DNA of 64,000 nt. Origin: Octopus vulgaris. Taxonomy: Eukaryota. Both the position numbers and the translations under genes were made by a program. Below, piece after piece: positions 1 through 13,259 of the stretch. The notes below the pieces were generated by a model that had not been told where the DNA came from, made no database searches, and saw nothing but the letters and a program-made list of their open reading frames with translations. Location of the stretch: positions 73,036,001-73,100,000 of the forward strand of contig OX597817.1 of the NCBI GenBank assembly GCA_951406725.2. The letters are read 5' to 3'. Within the stretch, counting starts at the first letter, position 1, and the number at the start of each line of letters is the position of its first letter.

Positions 1-2685
1 TTCTCCTTGCTTTGTGTTATCTCTTCTATGTCAAGGCCATGTGAATGTTTACATTGCACCACCCTGTTCTTGTACTGTATATATAAACATAACCTTCTGA
101 GGGAACTAACTATAAATTTGCATAGCTGTGTATGAAGATAGCGCGTGCACACACACACACAGTCTTGTAGATGTCTATCCAGAAAGTGGTTTTTCTATTT
201 TCATTTATTTATACTGAGGAGAGCATTAACTTTCAGGCATTCCTGGTCTTGCTAGGTTAGAATATGAAAAAGGGGTATGGTGTTGAGTAGGTTACTGATT
301 AGTTTTGAACTATTTGTTGTGTTTGCTGAAAAAGATAATTTTGTGATGGGAATATAAAACTGGCTAGGGAAGGATTTCCATATGGGTTGGTTGTTGTTTA
401 GCCATAGGTCAACCCTGATTAAGCATTTGTTTGAAGTTATTTCAGCAGTGACCATTTTGTCATGTGTGTGTGATGTATACATGTGTATGAGTGTGTAATG
501 CTGGCATGGCTTGACAGGATCTGACAAGTCACAAAACTACATAAAGCTTCAATGTCAGCTTTGACATGACAGGATGCCCTTCCTTACACCAACCACTTTA
601 CAGTGTGTACTGGGTGATTAAAAAAATCTTTTTTTAAATTTTTTATTTGTGACACCAGCACTAACGAAGTTACCAAGTAATGTACAAGAGATTTAAAGAA
701 AAAACCTCACCGAGTGGGGGTGTATTTGAAAGTAGGAGCAATATCTTTATGCCAGGTTTTGAGAGGTTAAAAACATGATAAAGGGACAAGCACAGACATC
801 TTGCTATTGAGATGATACCTATAAAGGTGGGTGAAAGTACTTGGGAAGAAGAAAACATTGGTGGGGGACAAGGCACCAGAGTGAAGTCCTCAAGGTCCAA
901 GAAGGTGAGTGAGTGTGAGAGAGAATACAGACAGTGGATGAGGGGTGTGGGGAGGAGAGGGTGACTTCATAAGAATGTGAGAAGAGTTTAAGAGATGGTA
1001 TGGGAGATGATGAACAAGAGTGGAAGTGTGGTTGATGGTAAATATTAGTATGAAGGCAAGGAGGCAAGAAAGGTGGAGGTGACAAGCAGCAGTAGCATAG
1101 AAAAGGAATATATATATCTATATAAACAGTAGGATGATTTGGCAGAATGTTTAGAGTGTTGGACAAAATGTGTTGCAATATTTGTTCCAGTTTATGTTCA
1201 AGTGTCACTGATGTAAACTTCACCTTTTTATTCTTATGGGATCAACAGAATAAAATACCAATGTAGGGCACTGGATAATTTGAGTGGTTACAACGTTTCA
1301 CAAATGGTTTGCCGAATCTGTTCCTTGTTCCTGCTCTTTACATTTTAAGTGCCCAAGAAGTGTGATACTCTCTGCACCTAGCTGATAAGATGATTTCAAA
1401 AACACTTGAATGAAAGCAATAGAGAGTACCCATTGAATTCTCCCTTAAAAATTCTATGACAAGCGTATTTGTTAAGGAAGTCTTTAGAGATCATTCATCA
1501 ATATGATGGCACATAAAGGAAGGTTACAGTTGGAAGAAGATTTAGCTGCCATTTTTAGCATGTTGGTGGAGTATATAGTAGCTCCTTTGTTGGCTTGTTA
1601 AGGTTCATTTTAAACAATTTGTGGTGTATATGATCTGTTAAAGATAATTTGGTGATGCAAGTTTTAAACTGGTGTGCAAAGATTTCTGGAGGATTCAGTC
1701 TTTATAGTGTATTAGATACACTGTATGGTAAGGCATTATCATAAGCTGCTAGAGGGTCACTCTGACTTAGTAGTCTACGAAGATGTCACTTCACATATAT
1801 TGATCAAGTACTGTAGGAAAAGCAGAGAATTGACCTAAATAAATTGTAATATTGAGTTATATTACACTGTCTTCAGTCGTCATTATTTTAACTTCTACTT
1901 TTCCATACTTGCATGGGTTTGATGGAATTCATTGAGGCTTATTTTCTACAGCTAGATGCCCTTCCTGGTCCCACCTGTTTAAGCAAGGTAATAGTTCTCC
2001 TTGGCCAGTCATGCTTTCATGAAAGATCGGCACAGCTTATGTGACAGTGCCACTCATTTACTTTTTGTGTGATGTCAAGACGAGGACAGATGGACAGACA
2101 GACACGCACACCTACGCATACATATATGACCAGCTATTTTTCAATTTGCATGTAAATCCATTCACAAAGCTTTAGTTGCCTGGAGCTATAATGGAAGACA
2201 TTTGTCCAAGGTACCATATAGTGGGACTGAACCTGAAATCATGTGGTTGGGAAGCAAAACTTCTTAATTACACAGCCATTCACAAATTCCACTGGAGCCA
2301 AGTTTGCCTTTCATTGATTTAGTATCTATAAAATAATTAGCACTTCTGTATTGAGGATTGATTCTGTTTGTTGTATACTCTTCTCCTTCAAATATATGGT
2401 CTATTACCAATATGAGAGATCATATGGTTCAACCTGTTGGATACATTCATTGTCTTGAACACATAAGTTAGCATACTCATTCTCTCTGAAGTAGACTCTA
2501 AATTGTTGTTCTACCTCCCAGAAATAGTAGCCAATTCTCCTTTAAATTACACCCTACTAAAAAATAAAAATGCATTAGACTATGTCATCTTACAAATATT
2601 CAATCTGAAAGAAAAATAGATGAGAGCTAGTACACCTTTTTATCAGAGGTTTGCAACAGATGTCAGTCATGTAACCAAACATCAG

Positions 2686-2779
2686 AAAACGGTTTGCCAA
2701 TCTGGTGCACTGAACTGGAAGTGCTCTTGAGCATTTATTTAACTTCACTACAGTAACTCTGTTCAAACAAATAACTTTG
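2686..2779 (+). pseudogene. Candidate pseudo-exon (5' boundary uncertain)
   Basis: Strong donor G|GTCAGT at 2780 (phase 1), followed by an 86-bp intron to the next acceptor. Frame reads KTVCQSGALNWKCS*AFI*LHYSNSVQTNNF. The upstream edge abuts a repeat. Confidence 0.35.
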
Positions 2780-2865
2780 GTCAGTCAATAACAAGTCGGC
2801 TATACTGCTTTTATAGTTATTCATTTTTTTTTACATCACCTTTTGTGCTAACAATTTTCCAACAG

Positions 2866-2974
2866 GACAATCACTGGTTCATTTCATTTATAATGGCAAT
2901 GGTAACAAGGAAAAGTATCTGTGAAACATGGTTGAAATAACAGTTACAGAGTGTTTTCAGTTTTGGAAGCAATG
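2866..2974 (+). pseudogene. Pseudo-exon, phase 1 to 2
   Basis: Branch site GCTAAC plus TTTTCCAACAG acceptor (AG 2864-65). TGA at 2922. The donor TG|GTTTAT is weak but matches the phase of the next exon. Confidence 0.55.
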
Positions 2975-3768
2975 GTTTATCAGTTTTCTCACTGACATGT
3001 CTGCCTGTTAATAGATAAAATATTCACTCACACATGCACATACACACATATTTCAGTCTGCCAAATTCCATTTATAGGGCATTGGTTAATCAAGATCTAT
3101 TATAGAAACATTTGACTCCAGGTCCTTCTGCCTGCAGTTGTTAAAAGTATTTTTATCCTATTTATAATTTTTTTTTTAACATACACAGGCATACATACAC
3201 CTTGGTTTTAAATTTAGAGAAGTTGTCTTATGTATAACTCCTATCCTTCCCCCTTCTCATTGCTGGCATATATTATAGTTTTCACTATTGTGTGTGAATT
3301 GTCAAAATATTTTACAGCTGTAATTGGCCACTCTTGCATGAAGTAGTAGTGATACTCATAATCTTTTTCACTGAGTGAAGCTAAGAGTAAATGCATGTTG
3401 TTTAAGAACACAACATAGTAATTGCATTACTTAGGTTACCAAATCAAAGTAAATATATCTGTAGCAGGAAAAGAAGTGGAGTATAATCCCCACTAAAAAA
3501 AAAAAAATTGCTGACATATCAAGCGCTATCCAGTTTCCTGACGTACTAGAAATAGCAGCTATTTTTCTTTTAAATTACACTTTACTGTCTTCACAGAAGA
3601 GTGGCACATAAGATAAAGTAGTCTTTGTTGTAGTGTACCTGAAAAAATATGACCACAGCTTAAATGTCTTTAATCAAAGGTTTGTTCAGTCAGGGCTGAC
3701 TTAGGACTAAACAAAATCATGATTGTGCTTGTTAAATTTTTTAAACAAAGCAGTTGTGTTTTTGATAG

Positions 3769-3968
3769 CTCTGAGGGTAACTTGAAAAGAATGAGTAAAA
3801 AGTTATTTTTCAAATTGTTTATTGACTTGTTGTCAACGTGTCAATCTGCCAAAGACTATTTTAATAATCTATCATCAATCTACCCTTCTGAAGGAAGTCT
3901 ACCATTATAAATATTTTGAATTAAAATTCCTGAAATCTCATTACATGAATTACCTAAGATTTTGCAAG
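3769..3968 (+). pseudogene. Pseudo-exon, phase 2 to 1
   Basis: Acceptor TTTTGATAG and strong donor AAG|GTAAGC. One frame with stops TAA 3908 and TGA 3917. Confidence 0.7.
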
Positions 3969-4772
3969 GTAAGCTTTCCATCTTTTTTTTTTTTTTTTTT
4001 TGGTAGGGTATGCTTTTTGTTTACACTCTGGATTATTAATGTTTTAAGAACTATATCAATATTTTGGCCTTGTATTATGTTAATTGTATTTTACTGAGAT
4101 TGTAAATTGGTTGAAATCCTGATGCATAATTAGTTTCCTATTTGGGCTGAGTTCATATCCTGCTGATATTGATGTTGCCCTGTCTTGTCATGTCTATAAA
4201 ATTACTCCCTAATACACTAGAATTCTACTACAATAAAATATTGTTAGCTTCTTGTATAAGAACTTTCCATTCCAGATAAAATTTGACATTTTTATAATTC
4301 TCCCCATGTTAATAATGTTTAATTTTCCATGCAGAAGATTGGGAAGAAAATGTCACTGCTTATATCATGGTGAAATTTGTTCGCATCTAGGGTGATATCA
4401 AGACAAGGAAATACATATACATATATATCTATGTGTGTTACAAGATTCTTTTTAGTTTCTGGCTACCATATTTTTTCACAAGGTTTTGGTTGGTAAGGAA
4501 CTAATAGTAGAAACACTTGCCAAAGGTACTACGCTGTTGGACACAACTGATAAGTTGCAAAGCGAACTTCTTAACCTCATGATCATGTCTTTACCTTGAA
4601 AGAATGTAATTTCTATAGTGAAAAGCAAGCTTTTAAAGGATTATCTGTGAAGTATGCATCACACTGGTGTCCTGTTCTCTATCAATAGATCTTTATTAAT
4701 ATAATGTGATATTGCACTTTGATATTAATCAGAATAATCCTGTCTTAAAGTGATCATATCTACTAAATGAAA

Positions 4773-4903
4773 CCCTTCCATCGTGATTTTAGGCATATAA
4801 AATTTTGTATCAGACACCAGCTTAATAATGAAAAAAATCATTTTGATAGTATCTAAACATTATTTGAAATGTCAATATCATTAGAAATAGGATAATGAAA
4901 GGG
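4773..4903 (+). mobile_element. Old TTAA-type (piggyBac-like) MITE, family B
   Basis: Ends in GAAAGGG-TTAA. Internal AAAATTTT..CAGCTTAATAATGA motif is shared with 7692-7852. Confidence 0.5.
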
Positions 4904-6820
4904 TTAAATGAGGGGTCAGCCTTAGTTGCCAACATTGCTAGCCCATTCTGGGTAAAAAAAATCCCTGGAAGACATTTATGTCACAATCTTAGCATGCTGT
5001 TTAGTTTCTATGTAAAAAAAAAAAAAAGAAACTTTTGTTGCTTCTCTCCAACATAACCTAGGCCCCTGTCGTCTTGGCCACATTACAGATATGTTGCCTT
5101 AAGTATGCATTACAATACTGAGCATGCCACCCCACAATCACTCAGTCATACCACTGTCACTCAAGCTTCTCACTCTGTAAAGAGGCTGGTAGGTGAGCAG
5201 AGATGTGAGGTTGTGATATCTCTAATATTGAGGGCATAACTAACTCTAGCTATAGTCACACACACACACAAAAAAAGATTGTTAGGAGAGCATCCAGCTA
5301 TAAAAATCAAGCCAAAAATGAAATGCGAATTATTTGTGTGTTGGGGGGGGGGGGGGGGGCAAATTGGTAGTGTTTTTGGTGCTCTGAGTTCAGATTTCAT
5401 CTCATTCAACTTCACTGGTCGTCCTTTTTCAAGATCATTATTTATAGTAAACTACCAGTTCATATTTCCCTCTCCAGAGAGAAATCAATGTTGGTAGGCC
5501 TGGAAAGGAATGGGGTCTGCCAGAATTCGATATTCAAGACCTGCATGCTGCATGTCACAACCAGTACTATCATTAGGTAGGTGTTGCATCACACTCATAA
5601 CACCATCATTATGATAAGACTGGTTGTACATTAAGATAATAATATATCAGTAGAAATGGTGGAGGGGTTGGCACTTCTTTAGTACAGCACCAGTACTTGG
5701 AAACATGTATATAGTTATTAATACAAAAGTAAAAAGTAATCTGTATTTTGTTTCCAATTATTTAATTCATCCAGAAAGCAAAGAGTAGTGTATTTCTGTA
5801 TTATTATATCTCTTTTATAACCAGTTTTGACTCTGAATATCTTTCATTTACCTTTTGTTTTGTTTTTTTTATTTTGGTGTATAAGAAACACTTTTTTACT
5901 CTAAAATTTGATGGTAAAATCTGCCTGCATCCTATACATTGAAGATATGAACAGTATATATATATATATGGTATACACAAGTTGTGTTTAAATCTAAATA
6001 AGCATGTTTAAGTATAATGATAGCTGTATTTTCATTATAAAAACATAACTCTTTATAATGGTCCCCACCAAAAAATAAAAAATATTAATTATAGTAATGG
6101 ATGAGAGTAAAAGAGCTTGTAAATATACAACTGCTGTTTAATGTGGAGTAGAATAAGGCTATTTTTGTTAATGAAAAATTTTAAGCCTTATTTTTGAATG
6201 CTTACCTTGAATACCAAAAGTGCAATGTAGTTGACCAAAGTGGTTATTGCAATTAGCATTGGCAATTGCATAATCAGTTTTTCAATTTTAATTGACTACA
6301 TAGAAGTCTGGTGTGTGCTTAACATCAAGTTGGATGTGTAACTTAAAACTGAAATACTGTGTCTTAGACATAGGAAGGAAAATAGCTTGTTTCTTAATTA
6401 TGCATTCTCTTTCTTGCGTCCCTCTTGAATGTCTGAAGAAAGGAGACTGTCATACATAGCAAAATTCAAATTCTGATTAAATATTCACAGAATAAAAACA
6501 TGGAGATAAAGCTGCCATATGACATTTTGATCCTCCATCAACAAAAAAAATATGATTTGTTGTTGGCTCAATCAAAAAGAAAAACTGAAAATGATTAAGT
6601 GATAAATTCAGTTTCCGGGGGATAAAGAAAGGCAAAATTCAAGATCTTGAATATAAATGGGACTGTTTCTACAAATATAATTTTTGAAGCAAAGAATATT
6701 GCATGTGATAATAGATTAAAAGATTTAACTGGCAAAATGCATCATAGTATTATCAGTTTATAAAACACAAAGACCTAGTTATGAGAACCAAAATGAAATT
6801 GTTCAAAGGCATACATAAAT

Positions 6821-7152
6821 GCAGGTATGGCTGTGTGGTAAGAAGCTTGCTTCCTAACCACATGGTTCCAGGTTCAGTCCCACTGTGTGGTACCGTGAGC
6901 AAGCGTCTTCTATAGCCTCAGGCCGACCAAAGCCTTGTGAGTGTTGTGTGTATGTGTATGTATATATATATATATAGTATGTGTGTTTGTCCCCTCACCA
7001 TTGCTTGACAACCAGTTTGGCAAGAGACCAATAGAATAAGTACTAGGTTTACAAAGAATAAGTCCTGGGGTTGATTTCTTCAACTAAAAAGCCCTTTAAG
7101 GTGATGCTCCAGCATGGCTGCAGTCAAATGACTGAAACAAGTAAAAGAATAA
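6821..7152 (+). mobile_element. tRNA-derived CORE-like SINE (family 1) inserted in the pogo transposase
   Basis: Head GTATGGCTGTGTGGTAAGAAGCTTGCT..GGTTCAGTCCC (A/B boxes), central (TG)n, 3' GACTGAAACAAGTAAAAGA. Many copies occur in the window. Confidence 0.85.
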
Positions 7153-7691
7153 TACCCAATAAGTTTGAGAGGACAATTTGTGTTTATGATACAGTTAAGG
7201 AAAGAAGAAGGTTCATTTTAATTCTCTCAAATAGCAAACATGGAGGGAACTGTTAACATTTGCTGTTTTGAACAATAGAACAATTGATATAAAAGGTACC
7301 AAAATTTCCACTGTGAAGACTTCTGGACACAAAACATTCAAATTATCCAGTGGTGATGGAACAAAATTAACCACCAATGTTAATTCTAAAAACGATAACA
7401 ATGTCTAAAAAAAATTTACCCAGCGATGTCTACATTCACACATGGAAAAGGGTGGTTGTATGAGGGCAGAATACCACTTTAGTTTGAGAAAAATCTGATC
7501 AAAATGTCCAAGGGATTTATTAAAATTGGCGTCTCTCCTCATCTGAGATATTTTCATCATCATGAGTACATAAAACAAAAAAAAAAAGAAAAGAAAAAGC
7601 TAATGAGTTAAAAATACAAATGGTTATTATAACCAGTAGTTTAACAAGTCAATTGCAACCTTTTGATGTTTCTATCAACCAAACCTTTTAA

Positions 7692-7852
7692 CCCTTTCCA
7701 TACCAACCTGCCTAAAACCACCCCAAGTTCTGACATCAAAATTTTATGTAGAGCTCAGCTTAATAATGAGAAGGTTATTAAATTCTTCATTACTAGAAAA
7801 ATTAATTGAAACAAAGGCAGCATATGTTAACAGAAATATGGTAACAAGAGGG
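7692..7852 (+). mobile_element. piggyBac-like MITE (family B) nested in the pogo transposase
   Basis: TTAA 7688-91, then CCCTTT...AGAGGG, then TTTA. Removing it restores the KPFKTLMRKEW frame. Confidence 0.8.
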
Positions 7853-8704
7853 TTTAGACTTTAATGAGAAAGGAATGGAACAACTGGATGCCACAAAAGG
7901 ATTTTGTTACAACTCCTACTGGATGAAGAAAAAGATTGATACTTGCTCAGATGTGCATATGAAGGTGAAGAATTTGAGTAAAAGTACTTGATATAGTGAT
8001 TAATTCATCTAAGAAATGTGAAATCAGAATGCAATGAATGGGACCAGAGATGATATTCTCTTTGATCATAGTATTGGATCCAATGATGAAATGTCTGATT
8101 TCATTTTAAGTGAAAATAGAAGCAATGGGGATCTTGTAGGTTTTGAACCAGACTGAGTAACAGTAATGCATTTTTTTTTATAGTATTTTCTTATTTTGAT
8201 ACTTTGAGTTCATTTTTTAACAATATATCAAATATAAAGTATCAGTTTGAAGTTTTAAGAAAAATCTTTCAAATACAATTGTAGCTTTTGTCTCTTGAAA
8301 CTTTGCTTTCAAAATAAGGGTGCATTTTATATTGTTTCTCCCCTTTTCTATGTTTTTGGCCGGTTTTAAACACATAATTTTGTAATACAGAAAACGAATA
8401 ATTCTTTGCTGATAGCATGTTGGGAATTTTGTAACTCTAAAGATATATTTCTTCAGGAAGGTTTGATTTCCTAACTGACAAGCAATATACAAAAGAGGAA
8501 GGAACATTTCTCATTCTCTGGCACTTATTCTATCTTTCATGATTCGTTCAATCCAAAACAGTTTTTTTGGTTTTATGTAATTTTTAGCTTTCTTTTTTGT
8601 TATTTTGCTCTTCTTATTTATTACAGCAGTATTTTCAAGGCTGTTAAGTGTAATTTATCTATAAGAATTCTGTATGTGTGTGTATGCAATTATGTTTGTA
8701 TATA

Positions 8705-9075
8705 TTGGCATAGCTTTGAAGTTATGAAGTTTGCTTTGCAACCACATGGTTTCTAGTTCAGTACCATTATACAAAACTTTGAGCCTTCTGAAGCTCTGTG
8801 GATGGATTTGTTTGATGGTAATTGAAAGAAGCTCATGATGTTTGTGTAAATGTGTGTATATCTGTGTGTTTGCTTATATTTGCACTTTTCTGAAAATGAC
8901 TAAGCTGCAAGTGGTAACAACATGTTACCTACCATCAAACGACCCACTGGCTTTCCATCTTCTAATACATATGGAATACGAGATCCCTAACTTGAAAAAC
9001 GGGTAAAGGTTAGTGACAGGAAAGACATCAAGTTGTCTAACTCATGCTGACATGAAGAAAATAGGCATAAGACTA
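8705..9075 (+). mobile_element. Old SINE with family-1 head and RTE-like 3' tail
   Basis: Degenerate tRNA/CORE-like head. 3' part GGTTAGTGACAGGAAAGACATC..CTCATGCTGACATG resembles the RTE 3' end seen at 47630-47770. Confidence 0.5.
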
Positions 9076-9977
9076 AACAAATACACATGCATGTAAATCA
9101 TATGCATTCTTCTTTTTCTGGCTTCTTTCATTGGACTCCAGTCATCTTAAGGGCAAAGCATTCAATGGTTGTGAGTATATTCATCCCAGTATTTTATCTG
9201 GTACTTATTTCATCGACCTAGTATGTGCAGAAAGAGAATTGATCTAGTAATAAACAGAAGTAAACAAGAATTAAGCAAACACATTCTGCCATTCCATGTT
9301 GAGATATCTAAAAATAATTGTGTGTTGGTAAACCAAAGTATTTCCTCATTCTTCATTGGTTTTGTGTGGTTAACATGTGTCAAGTGTACTCATCACAGTT
9401 TGAAATAATCCCTATGGCTAATATTCATCTATTTTTCAGAAAGAGTTTTCATTGTGCTTGATTTTGACGTCTTTGATTTGTTGATTAGAAAATGTCACTG
9501 TCTGTACCTCTGTAATTTTGTTTTGTTGAAGTATAGAATATAAACACACACACACATGAGCTTTGTACAGTTTTCATTTAACAAATTCATTCACGAGTTT
9601 ATGTGTGTGTATATAGATATTCAAAGGCTCCACACAGTTTCCTTCAACCAAATTTAAGTTCCCTGCATTGGAATTGAGACCAGGACTAAAAGATCTGTAT
9701 TTTATTGCATGTGTGTTTTGAAAATTCTTCAATACCCTTCATTTAAAACAAATTTTTATTTTGTAAACTAAGTTATTTGCTTTTGCACAACCAGTAATGT
9801 CTGATCGTGTTAGACTGTAATTTCATATTGTCTCAATGACTAAGTTACCGTTAAGCAAATAAGCTAACTCACATACTTTCAATCATTCTTCCTATATCTT
9901 TTTTTATTTATGACTTTATCTTCATAAACATGGTTGCTATGAAGCCAATGAGGTAGCTTCTATATTTTCTAAGACAG

Positions 9978-10097
9978 GAAGCAACAAAAAGCACTTTTTT
10001 CCCAGTCTCTCTGAGATTGATGCAACTGATGCACTTGATGTTCAATTTGCTTGAATCTCTGTAAGAAAAATACAGACAAAGGAAGGAATTCCAGTAG
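9978..10097 (+). pseudogene. Pseudo-exon, phase 1 to 1 (120 bp)
   Basis: Acceptor TTTTCTAAGACAG and donor TAG|GTTAGA. TGA at 10052. In phase with both neighbouring exons. Confidence 0.65.
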
Positions 10098-11072
10098 GTT
10101 AGATTGAGGGGATAGAAGAATTGGGTGAAGACAATTTGTATGGAATCTGATAGGTGAGTGCGAAAGGTAGAAATGTGGGTGGAGAGGTATATAGTTGTTT
10201 AGGTCAGAAGAGCTTAAAAAGAGCAATGGTAACATATAACACATCTGAGTGAGGGGTTGAAGTGTGAGGTTTTTGTTTTAACCCAGAAATAGCATCCAAA
10301 TTTGGGACAAGAAAAGAAAATAATTATGTTGTTGTATATGAAGAAAAGAAAATAATAGTAAAGTGAACATTTGCTACTTAAATCATAATACATATCAAAG
10401 ATATTTATTCTGTAAGCAAAGCAACACAATTTTCTTGGTTGGCTGGATTTGGATACATTTCTTTTTGAAATGGCTATAATTATGATGGCATCATTATAAG
10501 CAAATTGAGTAACCTCTAATTCAGACATTCCCCAACAAAAATATAACCAAAAACAGCAAACAGTAAATGTAGTGTTTGCTGACATTTTGTTTCTGAAAGT
10601 GATAGTATGTCTTATATCCTGAAATTTTTCCTACAACACCAGCATATTGAATAGCTTCTACTGGTCATTTGACAATATGTATGTAATGTCTACTTATTTA
10701 GTTCAGGACCTTGTAAGAGGTTATGAAATTAATTTTCTCTTTGTTCCAGAAGGAAACCCATGAATAAATCAAATTGATGTCACATGATTTATTTTTGGTT
10801 TTTTTGCAAGTTGGATTAACTTTGGAACAACAAAACTATGCTGAATCAAATAACTGTTTTCCAGTCTCTTCTCTATTTATATTATTCTAAGCTGAAATCT
10901 TACCCTTTTTACCCTCTCTTTTATTCTTTTGAGATCAATAAAATAATTACCAACCATGTCTTGGAATTGATTCAATCAACTATATGCTTTCTTCCCTGAC
11001 AAATTGTCACCTTGTGCAAATGTAAGAAATCATAAATTGTTATTATTTCTAATGGAAAGCATTGTTCATTAG

Positions 11073-11318
11073 ATTATACTTGGAGTACTTGAGTTGAAAG
11101 GTTGAAGACTGAGACTGCTATATTTACTGTGGAAGTAGAAGGCTATGATGTTTGTCAATTCTAGAAATATATTAGGAATGTCCATCATATTGGTGTTCCC
11201 TATACAGAAATGCTTCATTTTTGCTAAGACAACAAAGATGGACTGAGATGCAACTGGCAATTTCAGAAGAGGTCAGCTCAAATTACTGTAGAGGAGTTCA
11301 TATTACATGACAATGCAG
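11073..11318 (+). pseudogene. Pseudo-exon, phase 1 to 1 (246 bp)
   Basis: Acceptor TTCATTAG and donor CAG|GTGATT. A single frame with TGA 11090, TAG 11162 and TAA 11225. Confidence 0.75.
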
Positions 11319-11469
11319 GTGATTATTTTTTTTCCCTAAATATTATCTAACTGGTCAAAGGAAGAATTATGCCATTTAGTTATGAACACAGCAATAATTA
11401 AATTAAGTGTATTTGTTCCCTTTATTGAAAGTCAAAAACTACTGAAAGCTGAGTGGATTTAATCACTAT

Positions 11470-11715
11470 CAGATGTGCACCATCTCCTTTGTCTATTGTA
11501 TCACTAGTATAATGACCTTTTGCTCCTCAGAGTTGGCTATTTTTGTACCTCTACTCAAACACACCTGAACCACTCATCTCTCCATGTTTTGCCACCCTTA
11601 TTCCCTACACTATTTTTCTCAGTCCTTCTTCTCTAGAACTTTGGCTTTCTGGAACCATCATCCTGCAGGTGTTGACCTCCAACAGTTTAAACTGAATGTT
11701 AATGGCATTAAGTTC
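11470..11715 (+). mobile_element. LINE 3' fragment (CR1/L2/Jockey-like post-RT domain)
   Basis: Degenerate SLCL.YH.YN..CSSELA followed by HPYS..FSQSFFSRTLAFWNHHP..DLQQFKLNVN. Confidence 0.65.
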
Positions 11716-12143
11716 ACTTCACTTAAAGGGGTCTACAAAAGTCATGGGTCCTGTCCTTTCTTAAAAAACATATACATCTCAGAATAGATAGCTAAGTCTA
11801 TTTATTGCAGTATTAGGTTACACCTCTTTACTCTTATGGCCAAGGTCAATTTTCCTTCCATCTTACTGAAATTGAGAAAGTAAATGCTAATGAAATACTG
11901 AGAGTTGATATTATAGGTTATGTCTCACCTCCAAATTTGAGATTGGTTTATATGTTAGTCAATATTTTGGAAAAGTAAAATATCCAGTTAACTAGATCTA
12001 GCTAGTTCTCTTTTATGTATTGAAAAAGATAATTTATTAGTTCTTTTGAGAAAATGTTGTCAGATAGTTAGATTCTCATCAGAGTGAATAACATAGTATA
12101 TAGAAATGGAAATTATTGATATCCACATATCTTATTGCTTTAA

Positions 12144-12360
12144 TCCTTTAGCATTTAAACCAGCCATATCTGGACCAAATATTCTCCCTGTTTTTCATTC
12201 AAACTAGCTAGATCCAGCCTCTTATATCTATCTTACAATGTCATTTCTAAAATTAAAATCACAATATTGAAATCTTGAAGCTTTGAGATAATGCATGGTT
12301 AATTCAAAACAATGTGAATAAATAAGCATTACATTGTGACTATAATTTGCATGCTTAGGG
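12144..12360 (+). mobile_element. piggyBac-like MITE, family A
   Basis: TTAA TSDs at 12140-43 and 12361-64. TIR (C/T)CCTTTAGCAT / ATGCTTAGGG. Homologous to 62006-62209 and 63361-63577. Confidence 0.85.
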
Positions 12361-13054
12361 TTAAGACATAGGGACAGAGGCAATGTCAAGACACCATTTT
12401 CTAAGCTATAGTCAATTATATCAATCACAGTACTTAGTTTATTGACCTTACAAGGATGAAAGATGAAGTGAACCTAAGTGGGGTTTCCATTTTAGCATAA
12501 TGAGATGTAACCAAATAAGAAAATGGATTTTTTTCAGATGCCCTAACAACTCTGTCAGCCTTATTGATACTCATTGCAAAACTGACTGTAGAATATTCAA
12601 ATTAGTAAAGCACCATACTAAATATCTTACTGAATATTGTCTCTCTACACTCAAAGTTCACATAATGCTTATATTTACTTTGCTTTTCATCCTACTTAAA
12701 ACTTCCTTCTAATACACTTTAATAGTATTCATACTTAAACTCAAGTCATCATCAAAATTCCGTAACCTGACCTGATTGAAGTTGGTCAGTACTAGCATTA
12801 CATAGTTACAGATATTTAAACCCTTTCAAAAACTTGTTTATATTGTAAATTAATTGTAATGTACATGAAGTCTATTTGTTTGCTGTAATAGTCATGAAAG
12901 AGTTAAGTTTGCTCTGGGATTAATAAACTGCTAAGCTCCTCATCTCTCTTGGCTTTCTTGCCAACATAAGAGTGAAAAATTTATCTCAAAAGTATATTTT
13001 TAGATTATGTTGATGATGATGTTTTAAGGTAACAAAGATTACCTTAAAATACTT

Positions 13055-13246
13055 GAACACTTTAGAAAACTAATTACTTGCAATGTGTATGTGATCAATT
13101 GTGCATATATCAATATATATATATATATACATTTGGTTTCTTGTGATAATGAACACTTTAGAAAACTAATTACTTGCAATGTGTATGTGATCAATTGTGC
13201 ATATATCAATATATATATATATATACATTTGGTTTCTTGTGATAAT
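13055..13246 (+). repeat. Near-perfect 96-bp tandem duplication
   Basis: GAACACTTTAGAAAAC...TTGTGATAAT at 13055-13150 and 13151-13246. Confidence 0.95.
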
Positions 13247-13259
13247 ACATTTCATTCAG

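Larger units (their letters stand above)
5865..8335 (+). mobile_element. Near full-length decayed pogo-superfamily (POGK/Passer-like) DNA transposon
   Basis: Left end TTGGTGTATAAGAAACAC..GCCTGCATCCTATAC and degenerate right end GGGTGCATTTTATATTG. The transposase relic from ATG 6429 shows a Brinker-like DBD (RRLSYIAKFK..HGDKAA..FDPPST), a CENP-B HTH (VSTNIIFEAK) and DDE_1 motifs (NRTIDIKG..KTSGH, DGTKL-PPM, HGKGW, SLLI*D, LTSQLQPFDVSIN, KEWNNWM, NAMNGTRDDILF), with many stops and frameshifts. Confidence 0.85.

Noticed and set aside
237-291. Possible extra upstream exon (IPGLARLEYEKGVWC)
   Set aside because: Too short, with ambiguous donor and phase.
819-1223. 134-aa minus-strand ORF and possible Penelope GIY-YIG remnant
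   Set aside because: Low-complexity purine-rich sequence, and the motif match is too weak to support.
5478-5576. AG/GT-bounded open frame REINVGRPGKEWGLPEFDIQDLHAACHNQYYH*
   Set aside because: Phase 0-0 does not fit the flanking phase-1 exons, and it abuts SINE debris.
6821-6900. tRNA-like A/B box sequences (also at 39082, 42015, 46306)
   Set aside because: They are SINE heads continuing into SINE bodies, and no complete cloverleaf was recognised.
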